In this document: positions 23,015 to 33,698 of the stretch, one piece after another | Position numbering within the stretch: the stretch's first letter is position 1 | How the letters are laid out: the number at the start of each line of letters is the position of its first letter | Assembly: GCA_001687465.1 (NCBI GenBank) | Contig: LVLI01000154.1 | Location: 62,001-126,000 of the forward strand | Length of the DNA: 64,000 nucleotides | Direction of reading: 5' to 3' | Origin: Halocafeteria seosinensis | Lineage: Eukaryota | The notes under the pieces: generated by a model | What the model was told of the DNA's origin: nothing | Database searches by the model: none | What the model saw: only the letters and a program-made list of their open reading frames with translations | Made by a program: the position numbers and the translations under genes

Positions 23015-26000
23015 ATGGTGAATCAGCAAGAATTTGAAGCTCTTTTGGAGCGCGCTGTGGCGCTGATTCCGGAGAAAGACCCTACACATGTATGTCTTAT
23101 ACGCCCGTACATGGGTTCACTGTCCGCCGCCGCAACCTCCACTGTTACGAATGACCTCTGTTTTACATGACTTTGCAGGGTACACCCCTCCGGGAAGGCT
23201 TCAAAAAGGTGAGAATCACTTGTTATTTTGGCACTCGTTGGGCCCTTTTCATGGTGTATCGTGGTATTGGATAAGAAGCAGACATTGCGTCAACAGTGGG
23301 ACAATCCACCCGTAGACGCTTACAGAGAAGCATTCCGTGAGATACAACAGTTCTTTGAAAACAACGGGCTAATCGATAATGACGACTCGCAACAGGGAAA
23401 GCACGACCTCCAAACGAGTTTTCAACGACTTCGTGAGTCTTACTCCGAACTAGATGAAGACATGGTACGACAATGCCCAGATTAGTTATTCTTGCCCGAT
23501 GTGCATTGGCATTTTGGGGAATGTGCTACTTTTTGTGTCCAGTGCCGCAAGATTCTCTTCTTTCCAGAAAAGCTGGAAATGAACTTTTACAAAGTTGTGC
23601 TCCATGCACAGTTCACAACTTATGGTGGAGATTCTCTGTTGAACCTACAGAAAATATTTCTGGCAATCTTCTATTTAGTTCATCTTCAGCAACGGAACTC
23701 CAAAAGTGGGATGTGGGAAGTTATTGCTCCGTTTCTGACTAACGATAATACAGCTGCGATGAGCCTGAAGACTGTGCCGGTAAAATCAGTGCATGAATAC
23801 TCGAATGGAGGATTCCATGCTCTTTGTAGCATGTTTCTTGCAAAAAATTTACAAATGCGTTCTCAAGCAGTAGATGCGTTTTATCAGGTAAGTTTGATGG
23901 GCAAAGTCAAAAGTACCAGGAGAGGGAACTGGCCAACAACTACCATGTGGAATGCAGTTAACAGCCGTCGAGGAAGTTGACTGGCACAAACCACCATCTA
24001 CGGAAAGGTTGAAACAGCTCCATTGGAATCTTTTTGAACTGATAGATACTCCCTTCCTTCTTTATTTGGCTAACAATCGTGACTCATCGTATCCGGGGGG
24101 TTCGTTTTGCTGCCTTCAAATTATTGCTTGGTGGCTATCATGGTTGCGACTGCTTCACTCCGACGGCAAATTCAGGTTGGCTGAATCGTTTTTATCGTTT
24201 CTGAGAGAATGGAAGAAAATTGCTGAAGATAGTGTGGAGCTAATGAATGATAACAATGAACGAGAGCGGCAACGGCAAGAGGCAGAGCTGGCGAATCGGC
24301 TGGTTGAGGACTTCAGTAGGTTCGGTACGGTAGAAAAGGATTTCCCCTCTTTGGGCGGAAGCGACGACGCTTCGAAGCGACTGAGTAATACGAAATCACG
24401 ACAGCTGTTTTCCGACGAAAACTTACACTTCATGAATCTAACAGTCTTCAATACCCAGTTCTCGTCCCGTGATACGCCTGGAGCTACACAACAACATGAG
24501 GAAGCAAACCCTGTTGAAGAGGATACCATGCTCCGGGAGATTAATAAAGAACGTGAGAAAGGAAACAGAGATTTCCGAGAGAACAAGTTAAGGCAAGCTA
24601 TCCGCATCTACACCGATTGTCTTAGCAAACTGAACCGGTTTACTGCTAGACACGGTGTGACAGTTACTCGCAGTATAGAAGTGCATAGTCTCCTTCTTAA
24701 GCTCTTAAGTAACCGAGCCAATTCACTGTATAAACTCTCTCGGGTGGATGAAAAGTGTTTAGATTCTGAACAAGAGAGCACCGACAGTTCGAGCGAAAAA
24801 AAAAATAGCAACCAACCTACTGAAACCCCAGGGCTGAATCCAGTGCACTGCTTGGTGAACTGTGTGAACGACTGTTGCTCTGCATTTCGCAGTGAGATAC
24901 CAACAAATTCGCCGAGCCGGGAACAGACTTTGGATAACGACGTATTTCAAGTAGTCTCGGACGCTTTCGAACATATCCGAGGGTCCGAATTCTCGAGTCA
25001 GCTTCTTTTGTGGAAAATCCTGTATCGCTTATCATATGCAGCGAAGTATCTCGGTCAGCTCAATATTGCACTAGAGGGTGCTCGTCAATGCGAGAAAATT
25101 CTCCACTCGGTCAGGTTGTTTGATCCCAAAACTCTGGAAACGTTCCAGACCCAATTGCGGAACCTCCAGGAACGTATTTCGGAGGATCAAGAAATCATAC
25201 AGCTAGCTCGAGAGTTGCGACGAGGGGACAATACTAGGAGCTCAAGAAGCCGTTTTGCTCTTGAAGGAGAAATTATGGCATGTCTTCTGGAAAGAACTGA
25301 GTATGGAGGCCCAGGCCGAGATGTTGACTTTTATCTCGAAGAGGAGGAGGCCGAGTGGTCTAATGCACGCGCTAGAGTGGAGAAGAAAAGACACGAAAAC
25401 GATCGAGAATCGGCTCTACAGACGGCCCGAGAAAATGTTGAGTACGCAAGAGCAGGAATCGTATCGTCTGGTACATGGGAAGACTTTACCGCCGGCAAAG
25501 CATCGAAGAAGAGGAACCCTCATAAGGAGAAAAAATTTCCCGTGGGTGAAAGTGCTTCCTCGAAGTCTCGACCGCTGCCTGAAGACTTCGTTTCAAGCAG
25601 CGATACTTCTTCATCGAGCTCTCCGGTGACAGCTTCACTATTGGAAAAGCTTGCATCCCAGGGGAAGCAACAAGAGTTCTCTCAAAAAATGCTGCTGTTG
25701 TCTCCCAAGAAACTAGCAAAGCGAATCGGTTCCGGAGTACGTCTATCACTATCGTTCTGAGTCAATTTGCAATGAGCATCGGGTTGTTTGGGTCTGCAGT
25801 TAAGTGAGAATATGTTAGTCGCCGTAGTATCGACATTGCGTTCGGCTATCAGTGATGGATCCATCTCGGCTCACAGAGCCTTCAAGGTAAAAAGCCAAAA
25901 CGTGTTCTATCGTGTGTGTGTGTGTGTTTGTGAACACCTAAAATTTTTTGTGCAGTATATGATAAACCTGATGGAGCTTCCTCGTTTCTCATTAACTGTG

Positions 26001-26138
26001 GAATTCTTGAACCCCGAGTCACGAAGTTCTTTACTTGCCCTATCGGAGAAACTATTACATGAAGCTTCTGAAGAAAGCGAAGACACTAAAGGACCCCGCG
26101 AATCTTTAGTTGCTTTGGTGATGAAGCTGAAGAAATAA
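23015..26138 (+). CDS. TPR protein with RPAP3/SPAG1-like C-terminal domain (spliced); N-terminal region uncharacterised
   Basis: TPR EREKGNRDFRENKLRQAIRIYTDCL...LLSNRANSLYKL. C-terminal YMINLMELPRFSLTVEFL resembles RPAP3_C. GT-AG introns link the ORF pieces. Confidence 0.6.
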
Positions 26139-26189
26139 TCAGGAAGCAGAGCGAATATTAGCTCATGGCCTTTTTGTTTTGCTTCCGAA

Positions 26190-26747
26190 TTACTCTCTCT
26201 CATCCTCGACTTCATCGTGGAATTCATTGGGGCTGTTGAACCTTGGCAAAATCTCCGTGTAATCTTTCGGTGGTTTCTCCAACAGCGCAATATCCTTGTA
26301 GGCCCAGTTGCCGATGTACTCTCCCCCTTGGCTAGACTGGTAGTCTCCATTACCCAAACCGTTGCCGTCAGCAAGCAGTAGCGTTGGCGAGATAATATAG
26401 CCATTAGGATGTTTTTTCTCCTGGTGAGCTTCGATGTACTTATCCATACTGATGAATTGCTTGGCTTCTTCACAGACAAAATATAGCCTTTCCAGCCGAT
26501 CGATGGGTTTCGCTGTTTCAAGGGGAATTTCTTCGAACTGCTCATGCACATCGGAGTATGACATTTCCGGATTTGGGGCATAGTCTCCTAGCCAAACGCA
26601 TTTGTCGAATTTCCAGTCATCAGCGATGAGGTTGAAGAAACACTTCACTCCCTGATTTTCTAGAAAGCTATGTTCCATGAGCTTAAGCGACGGCGGTTTC
26701 AAGAACTGCTGCTTGGCCAGATTGACTACTATATAATATTGCCCCAT
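26190..26747 (-). CDS. Intronless hypothetical protein of phage/bacterial/giant-virus type
   Basis: Motifs MGQYY..VNL.K, LKLMEHS, VW.GDYA, LL.ADGNG.G.GDY and IG.WA resemble a family I recall from phage, bacterial and NCLDV hypothetical proteins (unverified). Confidence 0.7.
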   Translation of the reverse strand: MGQYYIVVNLAKQQFLKPPSLKLMEHSFLENQGVKCFFNLIADDWKFDKCVWLGDYAPNPEMSYSDVHEQFEEIPLETAKPIDRLERLYFVCEEAKQFISMDKYIEAHQEKKHPNGYIISPTLLLADGNGLGNGDYQSSQGGEYIGNWAYKDIALLEKPPKDYTEILPRFNSPNEFHDEVEDERE

Positions 26748-27390
26748 AGCTGCTAACTAAGCTGTGTGGAAGAGTTTGATGCCTTATGTGAATGAAGTGC
26801 GTGCTTCACTTCAAAGATACACCGTACTCTTTGTAGGCAGTCTCAATCTGCAAAGCAGAGCAACTTACAGACAGAGAATGATTTTTCGTTATTAATATTC
26901 CTAGCACACTTCAAACCATACTAACGCCTGAAATTCCCTGAATACTTTTCAGCGAGTTCTGGTTGAAGCGGTTTCCTCAATGTTCAAAAAACCTTCTGCG
27001 GAACCCGACTAATTGATGCTCCAAATTCCAATCGTAAAAAGGAGTCGCACTGAGTTCTGGGGTCCCTTAAGGTACAACGCGTACCACTGGTGTCCAGTCT
27101 CCTATATGTATGGTCGTATTGTTTGTCTGCGGGAGTAGGCTTCAAAGGAGCTCAATCTAAGATGATGACTGTCTTATTTTTGCTTTTCCGCTCCCAGGTG
27201 GTGGCGAAACCTGCAGCAAACGATAATGCTCTCAACGGTGATCAGAGTGGGAGTAATACTTTGCTCTTGGGCATCAAGGTAATTTCCACTTCGGCTGGGG
27301 CACTGACGCTGCGCTTTCTTTCCTACAAGTGTGCGCTTATCCGTGTCTCACGCTTATGACAAGCGCAGTGGTACACACACATACATGTAT

Positions 27391-27935
27391 ATGTGACAGA
27401 TAGCCCACCGACCGGGGAGTTGACCGCGTCCTCTTAACGAGGAGCGGTATGCGCCCGTGTTAAGCAGCGACGGGCCCGCTGTTCCTGCAGCCTTGCTGAC
27501 ATGCGCGGTGAGGGAACACAACAGTGGTTCTTACAAATATTGCTCCTACCGGAAGGGATCTAGTCTTGAGCAGTAACTTTCTTACGGGGCCGAAATCACT
27601 CCGCCATCCTCCCGTTGTGGCGCATCATCGCCATCATAGCTTCCAGAACTTCCGCATCTCGACACGCTAACTTTTGGGAGCTACTTAACATTTGTTTACT
27701 GAAAACAAAGAACAAATCAATATCAGATAGAAATACGGTGAATGGCGCAAACCACAGCAGCACGGGAGGGCTACTCAGTGTGGTTTCTGAAGCAAATCGG
27801 TAAGAATTTGGACAAGCTTTTTGTGTTTGTGTTTATTGAGGAAGTACAGCATGTATCGCTGCTTAACACGCGCGCATACCGCTCCTCGTTAAGAGGATGC
27901 GGTCAACTTCCCGGCCGGTTGGCTATCTGTCACAT
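27391..27935. repeat. 80-bp inverted repeat pair (27391-27470 / 27856-27935) with outer (CA)n/(TG)n tails; candidate non-autonomous mobile element
   Basis: Hand alignment gives 75/80 identity, a 385-bp spacer and identical inner boundaries. Confidence 0.9.
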
Positions 27936-28073
27936 TTGTGTGTGTGTGTGTGTGTGTATCGATGTTCATGCTCCATTTTGGTCCTTACCTTTAGCGACTC
28001 CATACACATCAGACGACCCCTGTTCGCGTCCGATGTACAAGGCAAGGGTTCAAAAAAGACGCGGGCTAGCTCG

Positions 28074-29579
28074 ATGGGGGAACCTGGCTCTGGGCCACGA
28101 GATGAACCAAGAATATGGCCCCTGTCCAAGATACAACTGCTTAACGAGGAGCTCTGTAAGAACCCGGAGCTGAGTACCGTAAAATTCTACCGGACACAAC
28201 CGCACAAACAAATGCTTCTATTTCTGCGTCGCCAGGCTGGTCGCTTAAATAAAGGATACTACCGGAACAAAGACGGTGTCCAGTCCCGTCTGTTGGTCGG
28301 TCCGCGCGGAATCGGGAAGTCAACGACTTGTCGTGCATTCAGCCGCTTGTGCACGGTTTTGTATCCTGACGTTATACCCATTTATCTAAGTTTCGAGCAT
28401 CTTAAGTATTATGAGGAATTGCAGAACACAGGAATCGATGAAATGATTGTAGAGCAACTATGCAGAGCCGGATTGCAGTATGATGAGTCAGGGAACTCCA
28501 AAGATCATATTTCTACTGCGATTCATATGTTGGAAAAGCATGGTAAACGGTGCCAGTTGATCTTGGATGAGCTAGACGAGGTCTATGCCATGAGCGACAA
28601 GAAAGTATGTAAGGACGCTTCGCTAAACTGTTTACGTTTGTTGGGTGCTGAGCGGTCGGGACACTTCGCCACTACAATTACTAGTTCCTCGGGTCACTTA
28701 CCGTTGTTGATCCCCGCGGATATAGAGGATGAACTTAAACAGGGTTATCCGCAGTTGAAATACGTTGGCTCGCTGAACGGAACGAAGTTTGAAGAGCACC
28801 GAATTCGCCCGAGTACTCTCGGAGATGCTGATGCGTTGGCAAGTCTGTTTCCTGATTACTCTTTGGAAAGTCAGAGAATCGGTGTGTTCTTTTCTGGGAC
28901 GTTGCCTCGACAAACTGAAAAGTTTTGTGAATGTTATGAGGACTTGGCATGTTCCGAAACCGAGGACGACTTTGTCGCCACCCTGTCAAGTTTGACGGAT
29001 TTCGTTGCCTCCATTGATAAGCGTGACGCAGCTAAGAAAACTTGGACCCAGACTGATGGAATCGTTGCATGCATTCTTGTGAAGATTTATGAGCAAAACC
29101 AGTGTCTCTTTGATAAGATTGAGACGGATGGCGGTGGAATAGATATAGAAAAAGTTGGTCAGACCGATTGGGCACAACTCAGACCTATTCCTGTGGAGGG
29201 CATCTTTGAAAAGGTGCCAGACACATCCGATCTCGCGTTGCGGCGGTTGCTTGATCGTGGTTGGTTCATTCCCGGAGATCGCGCAGAGAGTCGCGTCTAC
29301 GAGATATTCCCTGCTATTCCGTATCATGCTTTCATCTTTGGCAAGGCCAACCAGTTACGCGAAACTGCGGACACAACAAATAGGAACATCATCATGAAGA
29401 AATCGAAGTGGCGCCTTTCTGGAAGTGCTAGCTTCGTGCCTGGATTGCCCGTCATCAGTGCCGAAATCGGATTCAATACGAAAGGAGCAAAACCAACGAG
29501 CGGTAGCACAGTGCAGTGGAAAAACCGGACAAGAATATATACTATTTTTTCAGTTCTAAGATTGCATCCGCCTACATAG
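28074..29579 (+). CDS. P-loop NTPase (AAA+/STAND-like), intronless from this ATG; start uncertain
   Basis: Walker A LLVGPRGIGKST, Walker B QLILDELDE, sensor-like TITSSS, possible wHTH LALRRLLDRGWF. Confidence 0.7.
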   Translation: MGEPGSGPRDEPRIWPLSKIQLLNEELCKNPELSTVKFYRTQPHKQMLLFLRRQAGRLNKGYYRNKDGVQSRLLVGPRGIGKSTTCRAFSRLCTVLYPDVIPIYLSFEHLKYYEELQNTGIDEMIVEQLCRAGLQYDESGNSKDHISTAIHMLEKHGKRCQLILDELDEVYAMSDKKVCKDASLNCLRLLGAERSGHFATTITSSSGHLPLLIPADIEDELKQGYPQLKYVGSLNGTKFEEHRIRPSTLGDADALASLFPDYSLESQRIGVFFSGTLPRQTEKFCECYEDLACSETEDDFVATLSSLTDFVASIDKRDAAKKTWTQTDGIVACILVKIYEQNQCLFDKIETDGGGIDIEKVGQTDWAQLRPIPVEGIFEKVPDTSDLALRRLLDRGWFIPGDRAESRVYEIFPAIPYHAFIFGKANQLRETADTTNRNIIMKKSKWRLSGSASFVPGLPVISAEIGFNTKGAKPTSGSTVQWKNRTRIYTIFSVLRLHPPT

Positions 29580-30177
29580 AAATATGCAAACTAAAAAGTA
29601 CATATTAAGTTTTTGATGGATGGTTCCGCAACACATCATATGGAACTATTTTGTTCGTTTAACACCAACTATTGACCAATATAGGAGGAATTGATCTCAA
29701 CGAGGATAAGGGGATGTGATGCATTGTTCAATTCTAATGTGAATAATTGAAAGACAGGCCACATTTACGGAGCACTCTATGGTGTATCCAAAAAATGTGC
29801 GGGCGCTTGTCTGAAAACTTGCAGCTGGGTAAAAGTATCGCCGGATTTCAATGGCTGTCACTGAATCGCAGGCCGCATTTTCGAGGTCCGACTGGTAAAT
29901 ACATTCACTAGGCGCGGTAGGGCCCACAAAAGATCCAGGGAATATCAACGTTAAGCGAGTGTGTTCCTTTAGACGTTGAAGGGTAACGTGGAAGGACGTG
30001 CGGAGGAGGAATTCAAGACAAACCATAAACATTTCTCCTCCGTCCTAGTTGGTGAAGATTCATCGTAGTTGATAAATACACTGTGGTGAATGCACATTAT
30101 TAAAAGAATACCGGCATGGTATACGAATAAGTTATCCTTGCGTTTTAGTTTATTTCTGGGGAAGAACAGACAGGAAA

Positions 30178-31512
30178 ATGGGGCTGAGTTCCATGGATTT
30201 AAAGATTTTAAGCGGTGTTTTCACCTTTGTCATGGCTCTCATTGGAGCCTTTGCAGCTTTGCTGCTCTATAAGAAGCCAGGGCTTCCGGTATCGGCGGCG
30301 AATACGGGCGCTGCAGGCGTGTTTCTGTCTGCAGGACTGGTCCATCTACTTCCCGATGCCGTGGAGGAAATCAACACGGACTTCCCATGGGCTTACGTAA
30401 TGTGTGGGATAGGATTTCTTGTGACGCTGCTCATCGAACAAACGGCAGGCGTTTGGCATCATCAGCGCCACTGCGATGAGCACGAGAATCAGGAGGAAGC
30501 GTTCCATCATCACCATTATCGCCAGGATGACGCCCATTGTCAGGATGCTGGCACAGCAATCGGCAAGAACGGGCTTGTGGGGCACGAGGACGAAGAAACG
30601 AACCAGAACGGCAGCTGGAGCAAAGCTGGCTGCACGGAGAAGTGCGAAAGAGAAGGTTGCTACCGTCGGCAGCGGGTCTGCAATGAAGGTATCATGACCC
30701 CGCTGCAACCCGATACGGGGCAGCAGGAGTCGTCCATGTCACCTGTGGAATACCTTCTCGGCCCAGGGCTGGTATCACTCATTCTGGCACTGGCGTTGGG
30801 TTTTCATTCATTCTTCGCTGGTATTGCCTTGGGCTCAGATGAAAGCAACAGTGAAGTGCATGGAATTTTAGTGGCTATATTAGCTCACAAGGGCCTGGCC
30901 GCCTATGCTCTGGCAAATAACCTATCTATGACTGGAGCCTCGAAAGCCCAGCTGTGGACTATTACGATACTATTCTCGCTGGTAACTCCCTTGGGGATAT
31001 TGATAGGGGCAGTGTTAGACGAGACTGTTGGAAAAGGGCAATGGACCTCCTTCATTATAGCTATGGCTAGTGGAGTCTTCCTCTACGTAGGCATCGTTGA
31101 ACTCTTGATGCATGAACTCGGAGATACTCATGTACATTCCCATGCGGATAGTCACGTCGCAAACGAAAACACCGAAGCACACCGTTGTCTTTCAATAGGA
31201 CGACATGAAAGTCTTGACCTGGACTCACCCGGTCCGATCTCTGATCAGCATACAGGATTAAATCCTCAGTGTGACCATTCCAACGGCGAATCACATACTA
31301 CTCAGCCTCTCCACGCGAGGTTGGAAATGGGTCGAAGGAAGCCGTCGAAACCATCGCATGAGAACCATGAGGATCATCATCATCACTCGCAACATCACCA
31401 TCATGAACATGAGCATCCAGAGAGAAAGGTAACGTTTTTCGTGGTAGGGATCAAGCTTACAACGCTCTGCATTGGATTTGCGGTGATGACTACCTTAGCG
31501 CTGTGGGTATAG
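30178..31512 (+). CDS. ZIP-family zinc/metal transporter with His-rich loops
   Basis: AGVFLSAGLVHLLPDA, ALGFHSFFAGIALG, AILAHKGLAA, FSLVTPLGI, ASGVFLYVGIVELL. Confidence 0.93.
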   Translation: MGLSSMDLKILSGVFTFVMALIGAFAALLLYKKPGLPVSAANTGAAGVFLSAGLVHLLPDAVEEINTDFPWAYVMCGIGFLVTLLIEQTAGVWHHQRHCDEHENQEEAFHHHHYRQDDAHCQDAGTAIGKNGLVGHEDEETNQNGSWSKAGCTEKCEREGCYRRQRVCNEGIMTPLQPDTGQQESSMSPVEYLLGPGLVSLILALALGFHSFFAGIALGSDESNSEVHGILVAILAHKGLAAYALANNLSMTGASKAQLWTITILFSLVTPLGILIGAVLDETVGKGQWTSFIIAMASGVFLYVGIVELLMHELGDTHVHSHADSHVANENTEAHRCLSIGRHESLDLDSPGPISDQHTGLNPQCDHSNGESHTTQPLHARLEMGRRKPSKPSHENHEDHHHHSQHHHHEHEHPERKVTFFVVGIKLTTLCIGFAVMTTLALWV

Positions 31513-31550
31513 ACTACCAATACGATGTTAGTGTCCCGTTCTCAACTAGT

Positions 31551-33698
31551 TCACACATCTAGCTCTTCCGTCCATTTCAGCAGCTCATCGACTTCAGCCT
31601 TGTCAATATCCAAGGCAGCATCGACTGTGCTAGCGACAGACTCTTGATTGCGCGGAGACTCATTGTTACGTCTGGTGCCGTTGATGTCTGATTGCGCCGA
31701 GGACACATGGAACCTTAATTGGTCGGATTGTACCGAGCTAACTCTAGCGGTGGAAGTCTCGTCCCAAGAGTAGTTCGTTTGTCCGCTCTTCTCCACAAGG
31801 CGGGGGTACTGAGTGGTCGCTTCCGAGCTATAGTTTCCAATTGAATTGCTTTGAGAAACTGGTTCTGGAATTCCTTGGGTTGCACAACTGTCATTTCCAG
31901 CTGGTGTTAAGCTACATACTGGGACCTCTTTGTTCCGGTCTTCTACGATTGAGGGAATCTCGTAGTCCCTGTCGGACACACGCTGTTCGACCGATGCTAC
32001 CTTTTCACTGGAAGCCAACGTAGCTGTCACTGTACCGTTCACAGGTTGTACGAGAGAAGTCTCTTGCTCGAGCTGCAGATTCGCCTTGCCATGTGACGTT
32101 TCGTGACCATTTGGAACTGGGGGATATTCAGACTGAACTGGACTGGTTTGGCTATCGTGCCACTCACGTGATTCTACAGGACTATCCATGTTGGTCGATG
32201 TTGATTGCCTATACTCCGGACCAAAACTTTCACTCATTCCGAATAATTTCAAAGCAGCGGAGACATCAATTAGTCCCCGTTGGTCATCAGTCGCATTCCC
32301 ACTGGGGGTCGCTGGGCCACCCTGTTCTGGAGTCTCGTTTTCCTCCGAAGGTTGCTCCGAGCGGGTTTGGACACTCTGGTTCATCTGTGCTGCTAATAGA
32401 GAAGCAATTTGATCCCTCATTTGTTGCTGAACCTTAGCTTGCTCCTGTAATTGATTAGTTAGTTCTGCTTGTTTTTGCATCTGCCGTTCTAACAGACTTA
32501 TTAAGGCATGCGTAGTGTGGTCATTTTCCGCCTTTAGTTTCTCTTGGATCACCGAAGATCCCTCAGATTCTTCTCTTGGGGGATCCTTCTGGGAAGTTGT
32601 ACTTGCCGTTGGAGATGTTGCATAACTCGCGTGTGTGTTGGAACTTGTCTGACTTTGACTGATCGACGTCTCCGCATCGTTTCGAGAGGAGGGGCTACAC
32701 GAGTTGGCGTTGTCCATTGTATCTTCCGGTTTATCCTTCGCATTTTTCTCTCGCTGCATGCCATGCATATATACATCGCGCATTTTTTTTATCTCGTCTT
32801 TTCCACTCATTGAGTGGTTAGCCTTGCCGCCGGTGCGTGTATACTCCACCACCTGCGCTGGGTTTCGATCAACACTCTTTGAGGTAGCTGTGGATACGCT
32901 CGACCTTGAAGATGGGGTGTTTTTACCACGATCCTCTTTCCTCATATGCTCTCTAATTTTACTTGAAATATACCTTGAGGTTTTGGCGTTACTCTTCTGC
33001 ATCCACGAGGGTATGGTGTTGTCTGTTCTCCCTTGGTTGTTGGGGCGACGGTGTTCCCGCCTTTCTCTCTTCCCGGGATGCTTATTATTTGACTGGTATA
33101 AGGAGGTATTCAATGATTGCTGAGCAGATTTCCAGAAAGATGTTTTCCTGTGGGGAGTAGGGTCTTCGACTGAATTTGATTGTGCTTCAGTGGATTTCTT
33201 TGTAGAAGGTAGCAGCGTTTCGAGTTGCTCGGCATGAACTGTGGGGTGTTTCTCATGTAATGGTTTCATTGTCGCCGCTCTCACCCTCGATTTAGATGGC
33301 CATGGAACGGCATGACGATGCCGCCTTCTGTATTTATTCTCGTGTGTCTGCTGATGTTTCATCTTGTCTGCGACTTGTGCCAGCAATGGGTCGGTTCCAG
33401 CATGGACCGCGACTTGTTGACTATTTGCCGGGATAAGCATGGGCAACAACGTCTGTAGCGTGTCGAGAGGAAGCGTCCGAAGTGTCTGCTGCACTTGTCG
33501 CCTGGTGAGTACATTAGATTGATGCTCCACCTCATCGTAATAAGGCAATGGCTCATGTTTGTTGGAAGGATGGCGTCGCTTCACGCTCTCACTGTCTCTG
33601 TACGTGTATGCCGCTGCTTGCAGAGCAGCCCGAAGCTGCCCGAGGGCATTATGCTTCGCTTGAGACAGCTGATACTCTTGCCAAGGACCCACATACAT
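31551..33698 (-). CDS. Hypothetical, largely disordered protein with short coiled coil
   Basis: 715-aa uninterrupted ORF with motif-like termini MYVGPWQEYQL and EVDELLKWTEELD. Confidence 0.65.
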   Translation of the reverse strand: MYVGPWQEYQLSQAKHNALGQLRAALQAAAYTYRDSESVKRRHPSNKHEPLPYYDEVEHQSNVLTRRQVQQTLRTLPLDTLQTLLPMLIPANSQQVAVHAGTDPLLAQVADKMKHQQTHENKYRRRHRHAVPWPSKSRVRAATMKPLHEKHPTVHAEQLETLLPSTKKSTEAQSNSVEDPTPHRKTSFWKSAQQSLNTSLYQSNNKHPGKRERREHRRPNNQGRTDNTIPSWMQKSNAKTSRYISSKIREHMRKEDRGKNTPSSRSSVSTATSKSVDRNPAQVVEYTRTGGKANHSMSGKDEIKKMRDVYMHGMQREKNAKDKPEDTMDNANSCSPSSRNDAETSISQSQTSSNTHASYATSPTASTTSQKDPPREESEGSSVIQEKLKAENDHTTHALISLLERQMQKQAELTNQLQEQAKVQQQMRDQIASLLAAQMNQSVQTRSEQPSEENETPEQGGPATPSGNATDDQRGLIDVSAALKLFGMSESFGPEYRQSTSTNMDSPVESREWHDSQTSPVQSEYPPVPNGHETSHGKANLQLEQETSLVQPVNGTVTATLASSEKVASVEQRVSDRDYEIPSIVEDRNKEVPVCSLTPAGNDSCATQGIPEPVSQSNSIGNYSSEATTQYPRLVEKSGQTNYSWDETSTARVSSVQSDQLRFHVSSAQSDINGTRRNNESPRNQESVASTVDAALDIDKAEVDELLKWTEELDV

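Noticed and set aside
12413..25930. (TG)n microsatellites at ~12413 and ~25912
   Set aside because: These are simple repeats without the 80-bp unit seen at 27.4-27.9 kb.
27742..27799. Upstream exon MAQTT...VWFLKQI (Crinkler-header-like) for the NTPase
   Set aside because: The donor is good, but there is no convincing in-frame acceptor: only a weak AAG or a speculative micro-exon. Needs RNA-seq.
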